64,000 nt of DNA, from NCBI GenBank assembly GCA_965197585.1, contig OZ240215.1, forward strand, positions 1,280,001 through 1,344,000, read 5' to 3'. The translations under genes were made by a program, and so were the position numbers. The DNA comes from Dehalococcoidia bacterium. GTDB taxonomy: Bacteria > Chloroflexota > Dehalococcoidia > Plut-88900. The notes under the pieces are model-generated. The model was not told the origin of the DNA and did no database searches. It saw only the letters and a list, made by a program, of their open reading frames with translations. Positions 47,747-58,295 of the stretch are shown piece after piece (the stretch's first letter is position 1; the number at the start of each line of letters is the position of its first letter).

Positions 47747-48808
47747 ATGGACTACGCTCAAGTCCGCGCCTATCTCGAAGAACGCGAGGAATCCCTCTCG
47801 CCTTTTGCCGTCAAGTCCCGGCTCTCCCGCGGCCGCAAGGTCGAAGAAGAACCCAGCCCCCTGCGCACCGACTTCCAGCGCGACCGCGACCGCATCATTC
47901 ACACCAAGTCCTTCCGTCGGCTTAAGCACAAGACCCAGGTCTTCATCTCCCCCCTCGGCGACCACTATGTCACCCGCCTCACCCACACGCTGGAGGTCTC
48001 CCAGATAGGCCGCACCATAGCCCGAGCGCTTAACCTCAACGAAGACCTCGTGGAGGCCATGTGTCTTGGCCACGACCTCGGCCACGCACCCTTCGGCCAC
48101 ATCGGCGAAGATGTGCTCGCATCCCTCTACCCCGGCGGCTTCCGGCACAGCCATCAGAGCCTCCGCGTCGTGGATAGGCTGGAAGGCAACGGCAAGGGCC
48201 TCAACCTCACCTGGGAGGTGCGTCAGGGCATCGTTTCACACTCCAAGTCGAGCCTCGGAATCATGGGCGAAGGCTGGAAGAACCCTCCGACCCTTGAGGC
48301 CCAAGTCTGCAAGATCTCCGACGCCCTCGCCTACCTCAACCACGACACCGACGACGCCATCCGCTCCGGCCTGATCACCGAGCCAGACCTCCCCCCCGGC
48401 GCCGTAGCCGTCCTCGGCTCCAAGTCTTCTCAGCGCGTCAACACCCTCGTATCTGACGTTGTCGAACACTCCTGGGCAGCCTCCGGCCGGGTCCCCCTCC
48501 CCGATGGCGAGACACCCTCAATTAAGATCGGCGACCGGGTCAAAGAGGCGTCTAACCTGCTCCGGGACTTCCTTTTCGAAAGGGTCTACATGGTCAGTGG
48601 CGCCAGCCCCGAGGCAACCGAGGCCCGCGCCGCCGTCAAAGCCTTGTATAATCATTATGTCGAGAATCATGAGGACATTCCCCTTGAATATCGCCTCCCG
48701 GAAGACTCCACTGAGAGGTGGGCCTTGGACTACATCGCCGGCATGACCGACCGCTACGGACTCAGGAAAGCCCGAGAACTCGGCCTCGTCCCCCAGCCCG
48801 TCGGATAG
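47747..48808 (+). CDS. dgt: dGTP triphosphohydrolase (HD family)
   Basis: FQRDRDRI, FRRLKHKTQV, TRLTH, GHDLGH.PFGH, HDTDD, DYIAGMTD. Confidence 0.95.
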   Translation: MDYAQVRAYLEEREESLSPFAVKSRLSRGRKVEEEPSPLRTDFQRDRDRIIHTKSFRRLKHKTQVFISPLGDHYVTRLTHTLEVSQIGRTIARALNLNEDLVEAMCLGHDLGHAPFGHIGEDVLASLYPGGFRHSHQSLRVVDRLEGNGKGLNLTWEVRQGIVSHSKSSLGIMGEGWKNPPTLEAQVCKISDALAYLNHDTDDAIRSGLITEPDLPPGAVAVLGSKSSQRVNTLVSDVVEHSWAASGRVPLPDGETPSIKIGDRVKEASNLLRDFLFERVYMVSGASPEATEARAAVKALYNHYVENHEDIPLEYRLPEDSTERWALDYIAGMTDRYGLRKARELGLVPQPVG

Positions 48809-48828
48809 GAATTGAGGGAATCCGCAAC

Positions 48829-50643
48829 TTGAGCAGCGCATCCATAGAGGAAGTCAGAAGCAGGCTGGATATCGTCGACGTGGTATCCCAGTCCGTGCCC
48901 CTGAAGAAGGCCGGGCGCAACTTCAAGGCCCCGTGCCCCTTCCACAACGAAAAGACACCCTCCTTCGTCGTAAACCCGGAGCGTCAAACTTGGCACTGCT
49001 TTGGCGCCTGCGGCACCGGCGGAGACGCCTTCTCCTTTGTCATGAAGCGGGAAGGGTTGGAATTCGGTGAGGCCCTTCGCACCCTCGCCGAAAAGGTTGG
49101 CGTCACCCTGGAGACTCGCGACAAGAAGGCCGAAAGCAAGACCTCCCGGCTTCTGGAAGCCAATAAGGCCGCTTCCGCCTTCTTCCATCACCAGCTTCTA
49201 ACCGACCCCGCTGCCGCCGAGGCCCGCAAATACGTTCAACAGCGCGGCCTCTCCAGCGAAATAGTCACCGCCTTCCAGCTTGGCTACTGCCCTCCCGCCT
49301 CCGGTGCCCTCTTTAAGAACCTCTCCCAACACGGCTTCAGCCGAGATGAGTGCGCCGATGCAGGCCTCGGAACCCGTAACGAGGCCGGTGAGGTCCGCGA
49401 TATATTCCGCGGCCGTCTGATGTTCCCAATCCGTGACCCCCGTGGCCGGGTTATCGGGTTCGGCGGCAGGGCCATGTCCGACTCGGGGCCCAAGTACATC
49501 AACTCGCCCCAGACCCCCATATTCGACAAGAGCGGCACCCTCTACGGCGCAGACAGGGCCCGGGAGTCCGCCCGGCAGCTGAAGAGAGCCGTTGTAGTCG
49601 AGGGCTACATGGACGTCATCACCGCCCACCAGTTCGGCTTCGAAAACGTCGTCGCCTCCATGGGCACCTCTCTCACCGAGAAGCAGGTCGAGGTGCTGAA
49701 ACGCCTCTGCAGCCGTATATCCCTCGCCCTTGACGCCGACACCGCAGGCCAGGAGGCTACCCTTCGCAGCCTGAAGTCTTCCTGGCAGTCCTTCTACCGC
49801 AGTGTTCACCCCCTCCAGGGCAGCAGGCGGCAGCGTTTCCTAGAAGGCCCGCCCGACCAGACCGTCGATATCGTCATGATGCCTGCGGGCGAAGACCCGG
49901 ACAGCATCATCCGCAAAGACCGAGACGGCTGGGTTTCCCTTCTCGACTCACCCAAACCCCTGATCGACTATCTCATGGAGATGGAAGTAGGCAAGGCTAA
50001 CCTCGATGCACCCGGGGCACGCTCCTCCATCATCGAGGAGTTCCGATCCCTTCTCGTCACCACCGACTTCCTCGACCAGGAGGGCTACGTCCACAAGCTG
50101 GCTGGGCTAATGGATGTCAGTGAGGCAACCGTCAAGGCCGCCATCAACGCCCCTGCTAACAACAGCGTGCGCCAGCCCCGTGCCCCGACCCCCCGGTCCC
50201 GCACCCGTCCACAGCCCACCCCTACCCCCCGTCGTGGCGACATGCTGGAAGAATATGTTCTGTCCATTCTGCTCCGGAACCCCTCTCTCATTTCGAAGAT
50301 GGAAGACGCCGACCCCGAATGGTTCCTAGACCTTGCTAACCGGGAGATTTTCAAGCGGTTGGCTTCGGGACATCGATTCGAAGACCTGGCCGACTCGGAC
50401 CCCGATGAGTTCGCCGAGCCCCTGGCCCGGATTATGAATACTCACGTTCCCGCAGATTCGGATGAGTTGCTGACCAGGGGACTGAAGGAGGGGAGCACCC
50501 GGCTGGAGGTTCGCCATCTTAAGAGGTTGAAGCTCGAAGAGAAAAGTCTGCTTGAAGACCAGGACTCGTTGCAGGACATGGCTGATGCGATCGACCAGCG
50601 CAAGCTTAGTACGAACAAAGAGCTAAAGAGGGTGTATAGCTAG
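48829..50643 (+). CDS. dnaG: DNA primase
   Basis: CPFHNEKTPS...CFG zinc finger, FGGR, KYINSP, VEGYMD, DAD.AG. TTG start at 48829. Confidence 0.97.
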   Translation: MSSASIEEVRSRLDIVDVVSQSVPLKKAGRNFKAPCPFHNEKTPSFVVNPERQTWHCFGACGTGGDAFSFVMKREGLEFGEALRTLAEKVGVTLETRDKKAESKTSRLLEANKAASAFFHHQLLTDPAAAEARKYVQQRGLSSEIVTAFQLGYCPPASGALFKNLSQHGFSRDECADAGLGTRNEAGEVRDIFRGRLMFPIRDPRGRVIGFGGRAMSDSGPKYINSPQTPIFDKSGTLYGADRARESARQLKRAVVVEGYMDVITAHQFGFENVVASMGTSLTEKQVEVLKRLCSRISLALDADTAGQEATLRSLKSSWQSFYRSVHPLQGSRRQRFLEGPPDQTVDIVMMPAGEDPDSIIRKDRDGWVSLLDSPKPLIDYLMEMEVGKANLDAPGARSSIIEEFRSLLVTTDFLDQEGYVHKLAGLMDVSEATVKAAINAPANNSVRQPRAPTPRSRTRPQPTPTPRRGDMLEEYVLSILLRNPSLISKMEDADPEWFLDLANREIFKRLASGHRFEDLADSDPDEFAEPLARIMNTHVPADSDELLTRGLKEGSTRLEVRHLKRLKLEEKSLLEDQDSLQDMADAIDQRKLSTNKELKRVYS

Positions 50644-50691
50644 GGACAGCGCGCTAAGCGTGTATAATATATCCATGCACACGGATACAGC

Positions 50692-52221
50692 ATGAACCGA
50701 AATCTAAACCCCCACACCATAGCGGAAGAAGAGGACCGTGACTCCGATCAGGAGTCCCAGGTCAAGCCCGCTATCGAGCCCAGCCCTAATGGCGGCGAGA
50801 CCGACTACCGAAAGGTCATAGGCGCCGCCATCGCCAACAGAAGTGTCCTGGACCTCATCTCCCCCGACAGGCCACACCACTCCGAAGGCCCTACCAAGGT
50901 CGAGAAGGTCTTGGCTGCCGCCGAAGACACTATCGAACAGGAGATGGTGGATGATCCCGTTCGCATGTACCTGCGGGAGATCGGACGTGTCCGCCTCCTT
51001 AGCGCCCGGGACGAGCGCATCCTGGCCCGCAGGATGGAGGGTGGCAAGCTCATATCCACCATCGAAGATAGACTCACGGAGAGGCAGGGTGCCGAGCCCT
51101 CGCCCGCTGAGCTCGTGGCCTACATGCTGGAGCACCTCGGTTCCTGTGGCCCGACCATCGAGAAAATGGCCTACGACCTCGGCCTGACACCTCCCCTCAC
51201 CCTCGCTCAGCTCACTTCTCACCCCATCCTCCGAAACTCGATCAAGGCCGAGATAGACCCCGCCGTATCCACCCCCATTGGCGAAGCCGAGGGCAGGCCC
51301 CCCGAGGATGTCGTCCATGACCTACTCAACGCTTCCGTGGAAGCCCGCATACTCCCCGAGTCTGCCATCGACGCTGTGGGTATAGACACCCCCCTCGTCG
51401 AAATTGACAACTGCCTGCAATCACCGGAGACCGCTAACGCTCTGGCAGCATTGAATGGCCACCTGCGCCGGGACTTGGAAGTCCTGAAGGCAGAAGGCGG
51501 CAGGGCCCAGCGCCACCTCACCGAGGCCAACCTTCGCCTCGTCGTCAGCGTCGCCAAGAAGTACATAGGCCGCGGCATGTCCCTCCTGGACCTCATTCAG
51601 GAAGGGAACATCGGCCTAATCAGGGCAGTCGAGAAGTTCGACTATAGGAAGGGCTACAAGTTCAGCACCTATGCCACCTGGTGGATCCGGCAGGCCATAA
51701 CCAGGGCCATTGCCGACCAGGCCCGCACAATCCGCATCCCGGTCCACATGGTCGAGACCATTAACAAGCTCCTCAGGATGAGCCGACGCCTCGTGCAGGA
51801 ATATGGCCGGGAGCCGACGAGCGAAGAGATCAGCCAGAGTATGGAGATCACCCCCGAGAAAGTCCGGGACATCATCAAGATTTCCCAGGAACCCGTCTCC
51901 CTCGAGACCCCCGTCGGCGAAGAAGATGACAGCCACCTCGGCGACTTCATCGAGGACCGGTCCACTGTCGCCCCCGCAGACGCCGCTTCTCATCAGCTCC
52001 TCAAGGAGCAGGTTAACGAGGTCCTCGAGACCCTCAACGGCAGGGAGAAGAAAGTGCTCCAGCTTCGTTTCGGGCTGGAGGATGGTCGCAGCAGGACACT
52101 GGAAGAGGTGGGCCGGGAGTTCGGGGTTACCCGAGAGCGTATCCGCCAGATCGAGGCCAAAGCCCTCCGAAAGCTCCGCCACCCGACTCGCAGCAAGAAG
52201 CTGAGGGATTTCCTCGAATAG
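50692..52221 (+). CDS. rpoD: Primary sigma factor with an insertion between regions 1.2 and 2
   Basis: [49 protein letters not shown]. Confidence 0.98.
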   Translation: MNRNLNPHTIAEEEDRDSDQESQVKPAIEPSPNGGETDYRKVIGAAIANRSVLDLISPDRPHHSEGPTKVEKVLAAAEDTIEQEMVDDPVRMYLREIGRVRLLSARDERILARRMEGGKLISTIEDRLTERQGAEPSPAELVAYMLEHLGSCGPTIEKMAYDLGLTPPLTLAQLTSHPILRNSIKAEIDPAVSTPIGEAEGRPPEDVVHDLLNASVEARILPESAIDAVGIDTPLVEIDNCLQSPETANALAALNGHLRRDLEVLKAEGGRAQRHLTEANLRLVVSVAKKYIGRGMSLLDLIQEGNIGLIRAVEKFDYRKGYKFSTYATWWIRQAITRAIADQARTIRIPVHMVETINKLLRMSRRLVQEYGREPTSEEISQSMEITPEKVRDIIKISQEPVSLETPVGEEDDSHLGDFIEDRSTVAPADAASHQLLKEQVNEVLETLNGREKKVLQLRFGLEDGRSRTLEEVGREFGVTRERIRQIEAKALRKLRHPTRSKKLRDFLE

Positions 52222-52341
52222 AGTGCCCAACGCCTCGCGACTCCCCTTGCCGAATACCCGCGCCGCCCTCAACAGCACAGCACCCTCCTCCCTTTTTCAT
52301 CGCGCCCTGGGCTGTCCTAGACTGAGCCGGGTGACCCAACC

Positions 52342-53247
52342 TTGAAGGCCCTCAGAAATGCCCCCAACCCCATACTATTCGTCCCTACTTTGGTGGTCCG
52401 CACCATCAAGGAACTTGGCGACGACGATGCCACTCACATGGCCGCCGGTGTCGCCTACTATGCCCTATTCTCTCTCTTTCCCCTCCTCCTCGGCCTGATA
52501 GCCATCATTGGCCTTGCCGCCGACTCCAAAACCGTACGCTCCGAGATTCTGGAGTGGGCGGCAGATAACCTTCCCGGCACCGGTGACTTCATCTCCGACA
52601 ACGTGATAGCCTCCGCTGAGGCATCCGGCTCCCTGGGAGCAATATCCATAATTGGCCTGATATGGTCGGGCAGTGCCATTTTTGGAGCTATTACAAAGGT
52701 GGTGAACCGGGCCTGGGACATCCAGCAAGATAGGCCCTTCATAAAGGGCAAGATAATGCAGCTCTCCATGGCCATGAGCGTGGGTGTTCTCTTCGCCCTC
52801 GCCTTGACCAGCGCCTCCCTAGCCCAGACCGCCGAGCGCTACGCCCACACCGACATGCCCATCCTCGGTCAGGCCGATGAGGTCTTGGGGATGCTGCTCC
52901 TCCGCACCCTCTCTTTCGTATTCAACCTCGCAATCTTCCTGAGCCTATACAAAGTCCTGCCCAACACCCAGACCCATTGGCGCTACATCTGGCCCGGCGC
53001 CCTTGTCGCAGCCCTCCTGTTCGAAGGTTCGAAATTCCTCTTCGTCCTCTACCTGGACAACTTTGCCACCTTCAGTGCAGTCTATGGTTCCATCGGCTCG
53101 GTGATAGCTCTTCTCCTCTGGGCCTATGTCAGTGCCTTCATCCTGATCCTCGGGGCAGAGATGAGCTCCGAGTTCGGGCGTATGATAAGGGGCATCGACA
53201 GAGGCAAGCCGATAGTCAAACGCTCCGGCCAGGGGCCCTTCTTCTAA
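52342..53247 (+). CDS. YihY/BrkB family membrane protein
   Basis: AAGVAYYALFSLFP, YKVLP, YGSIG, LLWAY..A.I.ILGAE. Confidence 0.92.
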   Translation: MKALRNAPNPILFVPTLVVRTIKELGDDDATHMAAGVAYYALFSLFPLLLGLIAIIGLAADSKTVRSEILEWAADNLPGTGDFISDNVIASAEASGSLGAISIIGLIWSGSAIFGAITKVVNRAWDIQQDRPFIKGKIMQLSMAMSVGVLFALALTSASLAQTAERYAHTDMPILGQADEVLGMLLLRTLSFVFNLAIFLSLYKVLPNTQTHWRYIWPGALVAALLFEGSKFLFVLYLDNFATFSAVYGSIGSVIALLLWAYVSAFILILGAEMSSEFGRMIRGIDRGKPIVKRSGQGPFF

Positions 53248-53253
53248 TACACA

Positions 53254-53967
53254 ATGAACTCCATAGCCGAACTGAATGACAAAATAGTCTCCTGCACCCG
53301 ATGCCCGAGACTCGTGCTGTGGCGTGAAGAAGTTGCCCGCACTAAGCGCAGGATGTACATGGACTGGGACTACTGGGGCAGGCCCGTCACCGGCTTTGGC
53401 GACCCCGCCGCCCGAGTCCTCATCATAGGCCTGGCCCCGGCGGCTCATGGAGCCAACCGTACCGGCCGAGTCTTCACAGGCGACGACAGCGGCAACTGGC
53501 TCTACACCGCCCTGCACAATCAGGGCTGGGCCAACAAGCCCATATCCACCCATCGCGGCGACGGCCTAGCTCTCACCGACGCCTACGTCTCGGCAGTAGC
53601 TCGCTGCGCCCCGCCCAAGAACCGCCCCACCCCCGAAGAGCTGTCGAACTGTTCCCCTTTCCTTGAGGCAGAGCTTGGCCTGCTCGAAAATCTGGAAGTA
53701 GTCATCGCCCTCGGCAGCATCGCCTTCGACCGGTTCCTCCGCCTGTGGAAAAGCATGGGCAACCCCGTCCCGAGCCCCAAGCCCCGCTTCGGCCACAACG
53801 TCGTCTACGACCTCCCACCAGGGTTGAAGCTGGTCACCTCCTACCACCCCAGCCGGCAAAACACCCAGACCGGCACCCTCACGCGCGAAATGCTAGACGC
53901 CGCCTTCACCACCGCCAAGTCCCTCCTCTCCCCTCCGATCCCCCCTCCCTTGATGGGAGAGGGCTAG
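53254..53967 (+). CDS. Uracil-DNA glycosylase family 5 (UdgB-like)
   Basis: C..CPRL, GLAPAAHGANRTGR.FTGD, CAPP.N, SYHPS.QN. Confidence 0.93.
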   Translation: MNSIAELNDKIVSCTRCPRLVLWREEVARTKRRMYMDWDYWGRPVTGFGDPAARVLIIGLAPAAHGANRTGRVFTGDDSGNWLYTALHNQGWANKPISTHRGDGLALTDAYVSAVARCAPPKNRPTPEELSNCSPFLEAELGLLENLEVVIALGSIAFDRFLRLWKSMGNPVPSPKPRFGHNVVYDLPPGLKLVTSYHPSRQNTQTGTLTREMLDAAFTTAKSLLSPPIPPPLMGEG

Positions 53968-54062
53968 GGTGACTCCCCCTAAGACTCACGCAGAATTCCC
54001 AACACAACTTTGGGGGAGAGGGGCCGCTCGTGCTGAGCACCGTCGAAGTATGAGCGGGGGGG
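53938..54062 (+). repeat. CCCTCCC-N-GGGAGAGGG REP-like palindrome plus a nested CGCTC...GAGCG element
   Basis: CCCCCTCCCTTGATGGGAGAGGG encodes the UDG C-terminus PPPLMGEG; GGAGAGGGGCC[GCTC...GAGC]GGGGG follows. Confidence 0.7.
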
Positions 54063-54154
54063 TCTAACAGGCCAGCTACGCTAGGGCCTCCCATCCCCAA
54101 CCTCCAACCCTGTATAATTCTCATGGACTTCCATACACCCCCGAGGCTTAACAC

Positions 54155-55456
54155 ATGACTCACGGACACCTTTCCACCTTCCCATCTACCACTGCAATCA
54201 CCAGCCAGGACCACCTGTCCATCGGCGGCTGCGATCTCGTAGACCTAGCTCGCGAATTCGGCACCCCCCTCTACATATTCGACGAGGTAACCCTCCGAAA
54301 CATGTGCGCCCAGTTCCGCGATGAGTTCGCCAACCGCTACCCCAACACCCAGGTACTCTACGCCAGCAAGGCCTACGTCAACCCCGCCCTCGCACGGATA
54401 TTTAACGAGGAAGGTCTCGGCCTGGATGTCGTTTCGGGAGGTGAACTCGCCGTCGCACAGGCCGCCGACTTCCCTGCCGACCTGGTCTACTTTCACGGCA
54501 ACAACAAGGGTATCGACGAGTTGGAGGCCGCCCTGGACTGGGGCATCGGTCGCGTAGTAGTAGACAACCCCCGGGAGATGGACCTTATCGACGAAATGGC
54601 TCGTGCCAGGGGGAAGGTCCAGGATATCTTGATTAGAGTCTCGCCGGGCGTCGACCCCCACACCCACAGCCACACAACCACCGGCATCCTCGACAGCAAG
54701 TTCGGCATCCCCATCGAGACCGGCTTAGCTGAGGAGGCCGTGAAAAAGGCCATGTCGGCGGACAACCTCCGGCTCGTGGGCCTCCATTTCCACCTCGGCT
54801 CCCCCATCTATGAGATCGAGCCTTACCGCACAGCCATAGACGTCACCATGTCCTTCGCTGCGGAAATGCAGGACCGCCACGGCCTTGAGATGCTCGAGTT
54901 CAGTCCCGGTGGCGGATTTGCCATCCAATACACCGCCGACGAACCTCCCCCCGACGTATCCGAATACGCCGACGCCATCACCTCCGCAATCCTTGAGCGC
55001 ACCCAGTCCCCGCCCCGCCTCCTCATCGAGCCCGGCAGGGCCATCGCCGGCCGCGCCGGTGTTGCCCTGTACAGCGTCGGCACGACGAAGGACGTGCCCG
55101 GCATCCGCAAATACGTCTCTGTAGATGGTGGAATGGGAGACAACATCAGGCCCGCGATTTACGGCTCTCGCTACGAGGCTATGGTCGCCAACCGAGCCTC
55201 CGCGCCTTCGGAAGAGACCGTCACCATCGCAGGCAAGTTCTGCGAGTCCGGCGACATCCTCGTCGAAAACGTGGAGTTGCCTGTCGTGGACAGCCGGGAC
55301 CTGATAGCCATTCCGGCTTCAGGGGCATACTGCCTGGCGATGGCCTCCAACTACAACGCCGCCCCCCGACCCCCCATCGTCCTGGTCAAGGACGGCAAGC
55401 CCCGTCTCATCCGGCGCCGGGAGACCTACCAGGACCTCATGCTTTGCGATCTGTGA
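54155..55456 (+). CDS. lysA: Diaminopimelate decarboxylase
   Basis: YASKA, DVVSGGE, SKFG, HFHLGS, GGG, EPGR, CESGD, GAY. Confidence 0.97.
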   Translation: MTHGHLSTFPSTTAITSQDHLSIGGCDLVDLAREFGTPLYIFDEVTLRNMCAQFRDEFANRYPNTQVLYASKAYVNPALARIFNEEGLGLDVVSGGELAVAQAADFPADLVYFHGNNKGIDELEAALDWGIGRVVVDNPREMDLIDEMARARGKVQDILIRVSPGVDPHTHSHTTTGILDSKFGIPIETGLAEEAVKKAMSADNLRLVGLHFHLGSPIYEIEPYRTAIDVTMSFAAEMQDRHGLEMLEFSPGGGFAIQYTADEPPPDVSEYADAITSAILERTQSPPRLLIEPGRAIAGRAGVALYSVGTTKDVPGIRKYVSVDGGMGDNIRPAIYGSRYEAMVANRASAPSEETVTIAGKFCESGDILVENVELPVVDSRDLIAIPASGAYCLAMASNYNAAPRPPIVLVKDGKPRLIRRRETYQDLMLCDL

Positions 55457-56499
55457 TCGACGCTAAAGCCTCCGGGACGGCTTCCCACATCCACGGCCAC
55501 AACGGCATTCTAACCCTCCTTTACACAGCCGCGCAGGCCGACAGGCTTGCCCATGCTTACGTCTTGGTCGGGCCTCCCCACGTCGGCAAGATGACGGTGG
55601 CTGTTCACCTCGCTCAGCTGGTCAACTGCGAAGAACCGACACCCGGCCCCTGTGGCGCTTGCCGTCAATGCACGCGTGTCGCCGCCGGCCACCACTCCGA
55701 CGTTCAGGTAACGAGCCTTCCCACCACTGAGGAAGGAGCCCTGGGAACACAGATCAGGATCGAGCAGGTGCGCGAGCTTCGCAGGCAGGCCAGCCTCCGC
55801 CCCTACGAGGGCCGAACTCGGGTCTTCATCATCCAGGACGCAGAGCTCCTCACCAATGAAGCTGCCAACAGCCTGCTGAAGTACCTCGAAGAGCCGCCTC
55901 CAAATGTCCTGCTCCTCCTTCTCGCTGCAGATGAGGACGCCCTGCTCCCGACCGTCCTATCTCGCTGCCAGCGCATGGAGCTTAGGCCCATGCCTTTTGT
56001 CTCCCTCCAGGACGTGCTGACCGCCAACTACGGCATCGGCGAAGAGCAGGCTGCACTGATATCCCGACTCTCCGGCGGTTGCCCCGGTTGGGCCATCTCC
56101 GCTGTGGAGGACGAATCGGTCCTCGAAGCCCGGCTTACCGCCCTCGACGAGCAGATCGATCTCGCTGAGGCCGACCTCGGGGCTCGTTTCCGTTTCGCCA
56201 ACTCCCTTGGAAGCGCCTTCTATCGTGACCGGCCCCGGGTCAGAGACGTTCTCGCCCTCTGCCAGTTATGGTGGATGGACCTCGCCCTCTGCGCCGCCGG
56301 CGCCCCCGACCATATCGTCAACATCCACAGGATCGAACAGGTGGAGGCCCAATCTCAACTTGTTGGCGTCTCCGCCGCGCACGGATTCATAAAGGATGTG
56401 GCCCGTGCTCGGAACATGCTGGAACGCAACGTAATACCCCGCCTGGCCCTGGAATGGCTTATGCTCAAGATGCCCGCCGGGGCCCAGAAGGCGGCTTAG
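55453..56499 (+). CDS. holB: DNA polymerase III delta' subunit
   Basis: HAY, GPPHVGK, CGACRQC, ANSLLKYLEEPP, LLPTVLSRC. Confidence 0.95.
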   Translation: MIDAKASGTASHIHGHNGILTLLYTAAQADRLAHAYVLVGPPHVGKMTVAVHLAQLVNCEEPTPGPCGACRQCTRVAAGHHSDVQVTSLPTTEEGALGTQIRIEQVRELRRQASLRPYEGRTRVFIIQDAELLTNEAANSLLKYLEEPPPNVLLLLLAADEDALLPTVLSRCQRMELRPMPFVSLQDVLTANYGIGEEQAALISRLSGGCPGWAISAVEDESVLEARLTALDEQIDLAEADLGARFRFANSLGSAFYRDRPRVRDVLALCQLWWMDLALCAAGAPDHIVNIHRIEQVEAQSQLVGVSAAHGFIKDVARARNMLERNVIPRLALEWLMLKMPAGAQKAA

Positions 56500-56507
56500 G
56501 TAACTAA

Positions 56508-56750
56508 ATGGCTTCTATAGCAGGCGTAAGGCTCAAGAGATCGGCACCCGTGCTCTATTTCAACACGGGAAACCTGGAGATCAACGTCAACGACATCGTA
56601 GTCGTCGAGACTGAGGATGGAGAGCGTCTCGCCCGCATCACCTTCACCCCGGACCAGCTCCTCCTCATTCAGTTGAAAGAGCCCTCCGGGTCTGTTCTCA
56701 GGCTGGCAACCGAGGAAGATTTGAACGAGGGTTCATCGGCCCTGGTCTAA
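56508..56750 (+). CDS. Small protein resembling the N-terminus of PSP1/RicT (YaaT)
   Basis: GVRLK....YF, D.VVVETE.G, VLRLATEED; located directly after holB. Confidence 0.75.
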   Translation: MASIAGVRLKRSAPVLYFNTGNLEINVNDIVVVETEDGERLARITFTPDQLLLIQLKEPSGSVLRLATEEDLNEGSSALV

Positions 56751-56757
56751 GGCCTGC

Positions 56758-57276
56758 CTACCTCGGAACGAACTTCCGCCACTCGCCTCGAACGTTCAGG
56801 TATGAGCCCAGGTCCCGATATCTTCGCGAAGGCGGCACCTTCGGCTCGTGCAGCAGCTTCATGCCCGCCTGGGCAGGCGTACGGCCCGCCTTCCTCAGGT
56901 TGCATGCCACGCAGGCGCTCACGATATTGCCCCAGGTGTGGACTCCTCCCGACCACCGGGGCACGACGTGGTCCAACGTCAGATCGGGCGCCTGCTTCCC
57001 ACAATACTGACAGAAGTGTTTGTCCCTAACGAATACTTCGCGTCTCGAAAGTCGAGGCGGCAGCATGGGACGCTTGATCATATGCCCCAGCCTGATCACC
57101 GAGGGCAAAGCAAACAGCGCCGATTCGCTGCGCATGTTTCCCCGGCCGTTCTCCAAGGTTTCCGCCTTACCCTTAAGGAGCAGAATTATGGCGCGGCGCA
57201 GGTTGCAGACGTTGAGCGGCTCGTAGTTCTGGTTGAGGACCAGGACGGCTTTCTGGGCTGGTACCGTGCGAGCCAT
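56758..57276 (-). CDS. HNH endonuclease (McrA-like)
   Basis: VLVLNQNYEPL, PSVIRL, RD..CQYCG, DHVVP, W.N...C..CN.RK. Confidence 0.93.
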   Translation of the reverse strand: MARTVPAQKAVLVLNQNYEPLNVCNLRRAIILLLKGKAETLENGRGNMRSESALFALPSVIRLGHMIKRPMLPPRLSRREVFVRDKHFCQYCGKQAPDLTLDHVVPRWSGGVHTWGNIVSACVACNLRKAGRTPAQAGMKLLHEPKVPPSRRYRDLGSYLNVRGEWRKFVPR

Positions 57277-57434
57277 TCGATAAGGTCGCCTTCCAACTGG
57301 GCCACTACGCTATCATTGCATGCCCTTCCACAGGGCCGCTCCGGGGAGTCCCGTCCCCTCTCCTTCACTGGGAAGGTGTTAGGGCCGTAGGCTTGCCGAG
57401 GAGAGTGAGGCTGATCCAGGTTCCGAAAGAGGAG

Positions 57435-58127
57435 TCATGCAAAGATCTTACTACACGGGAATCGCGCTGATTTTATCACACCCCCACCCCCCTGCAACCG
57501 CCCCCGACACCAGACCAGTACCGCCAAATACACTCCCCCCATAGCTAAAGCCCCCAACGTATCGCTCGGCCAATGCGCGCCCAGGTACACCCTGGACATC
57601 GCCATGGCGACTACCAGCATCACCAACCCGACCTGCCCCGCCCTTCTCAGCCACGCGTACCGACCCTTCAACCCCGACAAAAGTATCGCCAGCGCCCCGA
57701 AGCAAACGACTGCGAACAGAACGTGTCCGCTGGGAAATCCATACGTCGTGAGCTCCTCCCGCACATCCAGTAGCCCTGGGTCGGGCCGAGGGCTCGCCAC
57801 TATCTGCTTGATCACCCAGTTCACCCCCAAGCTCACCAAGACCAATACAACGAGCAGCGCCGCATCTGACCTTCGCTTTATCACAACCAGGGCCAACCCT
57901 GCGCACACCGTTATGATCGACGCCGGAAGCCACCACCCCAGCGCCGACACCCCTCTCATCACTCCATCGAACAGCGGTATCGATATCGATTGCACCCACT
58001 CCGCAACCGCCAAGTCACCCGGCAACCATTCCAATCGCGCCGCGCTCACCGATAACCCCACCGACGTCGCGATAAGGAAAACTACAAGCGCACTGCGCCA
58101 AGACCGGATCATCTCGGGTGCGGACAT
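57435..58127 (-). CDS. PAP2 family phosphatase
   Basis: K......RP, FPSGH, SRVYLGAHWPSD. Confidence 0.92.
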   Translation of the reverse strand: MSAPEMIRSWRSALVVFLIATSVGLSVSAARLEWLPGDLAVAEWVQSISIPLFDGVMRGVSALGWWLPASIITVCAGLALVVIKRRSDAALLVVLVLVSLGVNWVIKQIVASPRPDPGLLDVREELTTYGFPSGHVLFAVVCFGALAILLSGLKGRYAWLRRAGQVGLVMLVVAMAMSRVYLGAHWPSDTLGALAMGGVYLAVLVWCRGRLQGGGGVIKSARFPCSKIFA

Positions 58128-58295
58128 GGGCCGAATGATACACTTCCATGACCGCGCGGGCCGAGAAATACGCCTACCGACTGTGGTTAACTCCACATTA
58201 TGTAACGCACCGCACGCCTGAGATTGCCTAAATCGGCAGTCCGTTGTTTACTTATATAGGAGCTCCGCGTCCGTCAACACATAAGGAAACAAACA

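Noticed and set aside
56758-57276. HNH gene as a homing or mobile element
   Set aside because: It belongs to a common stand-alone McrA-like family; no intron, intein or flanking repeats define an element.
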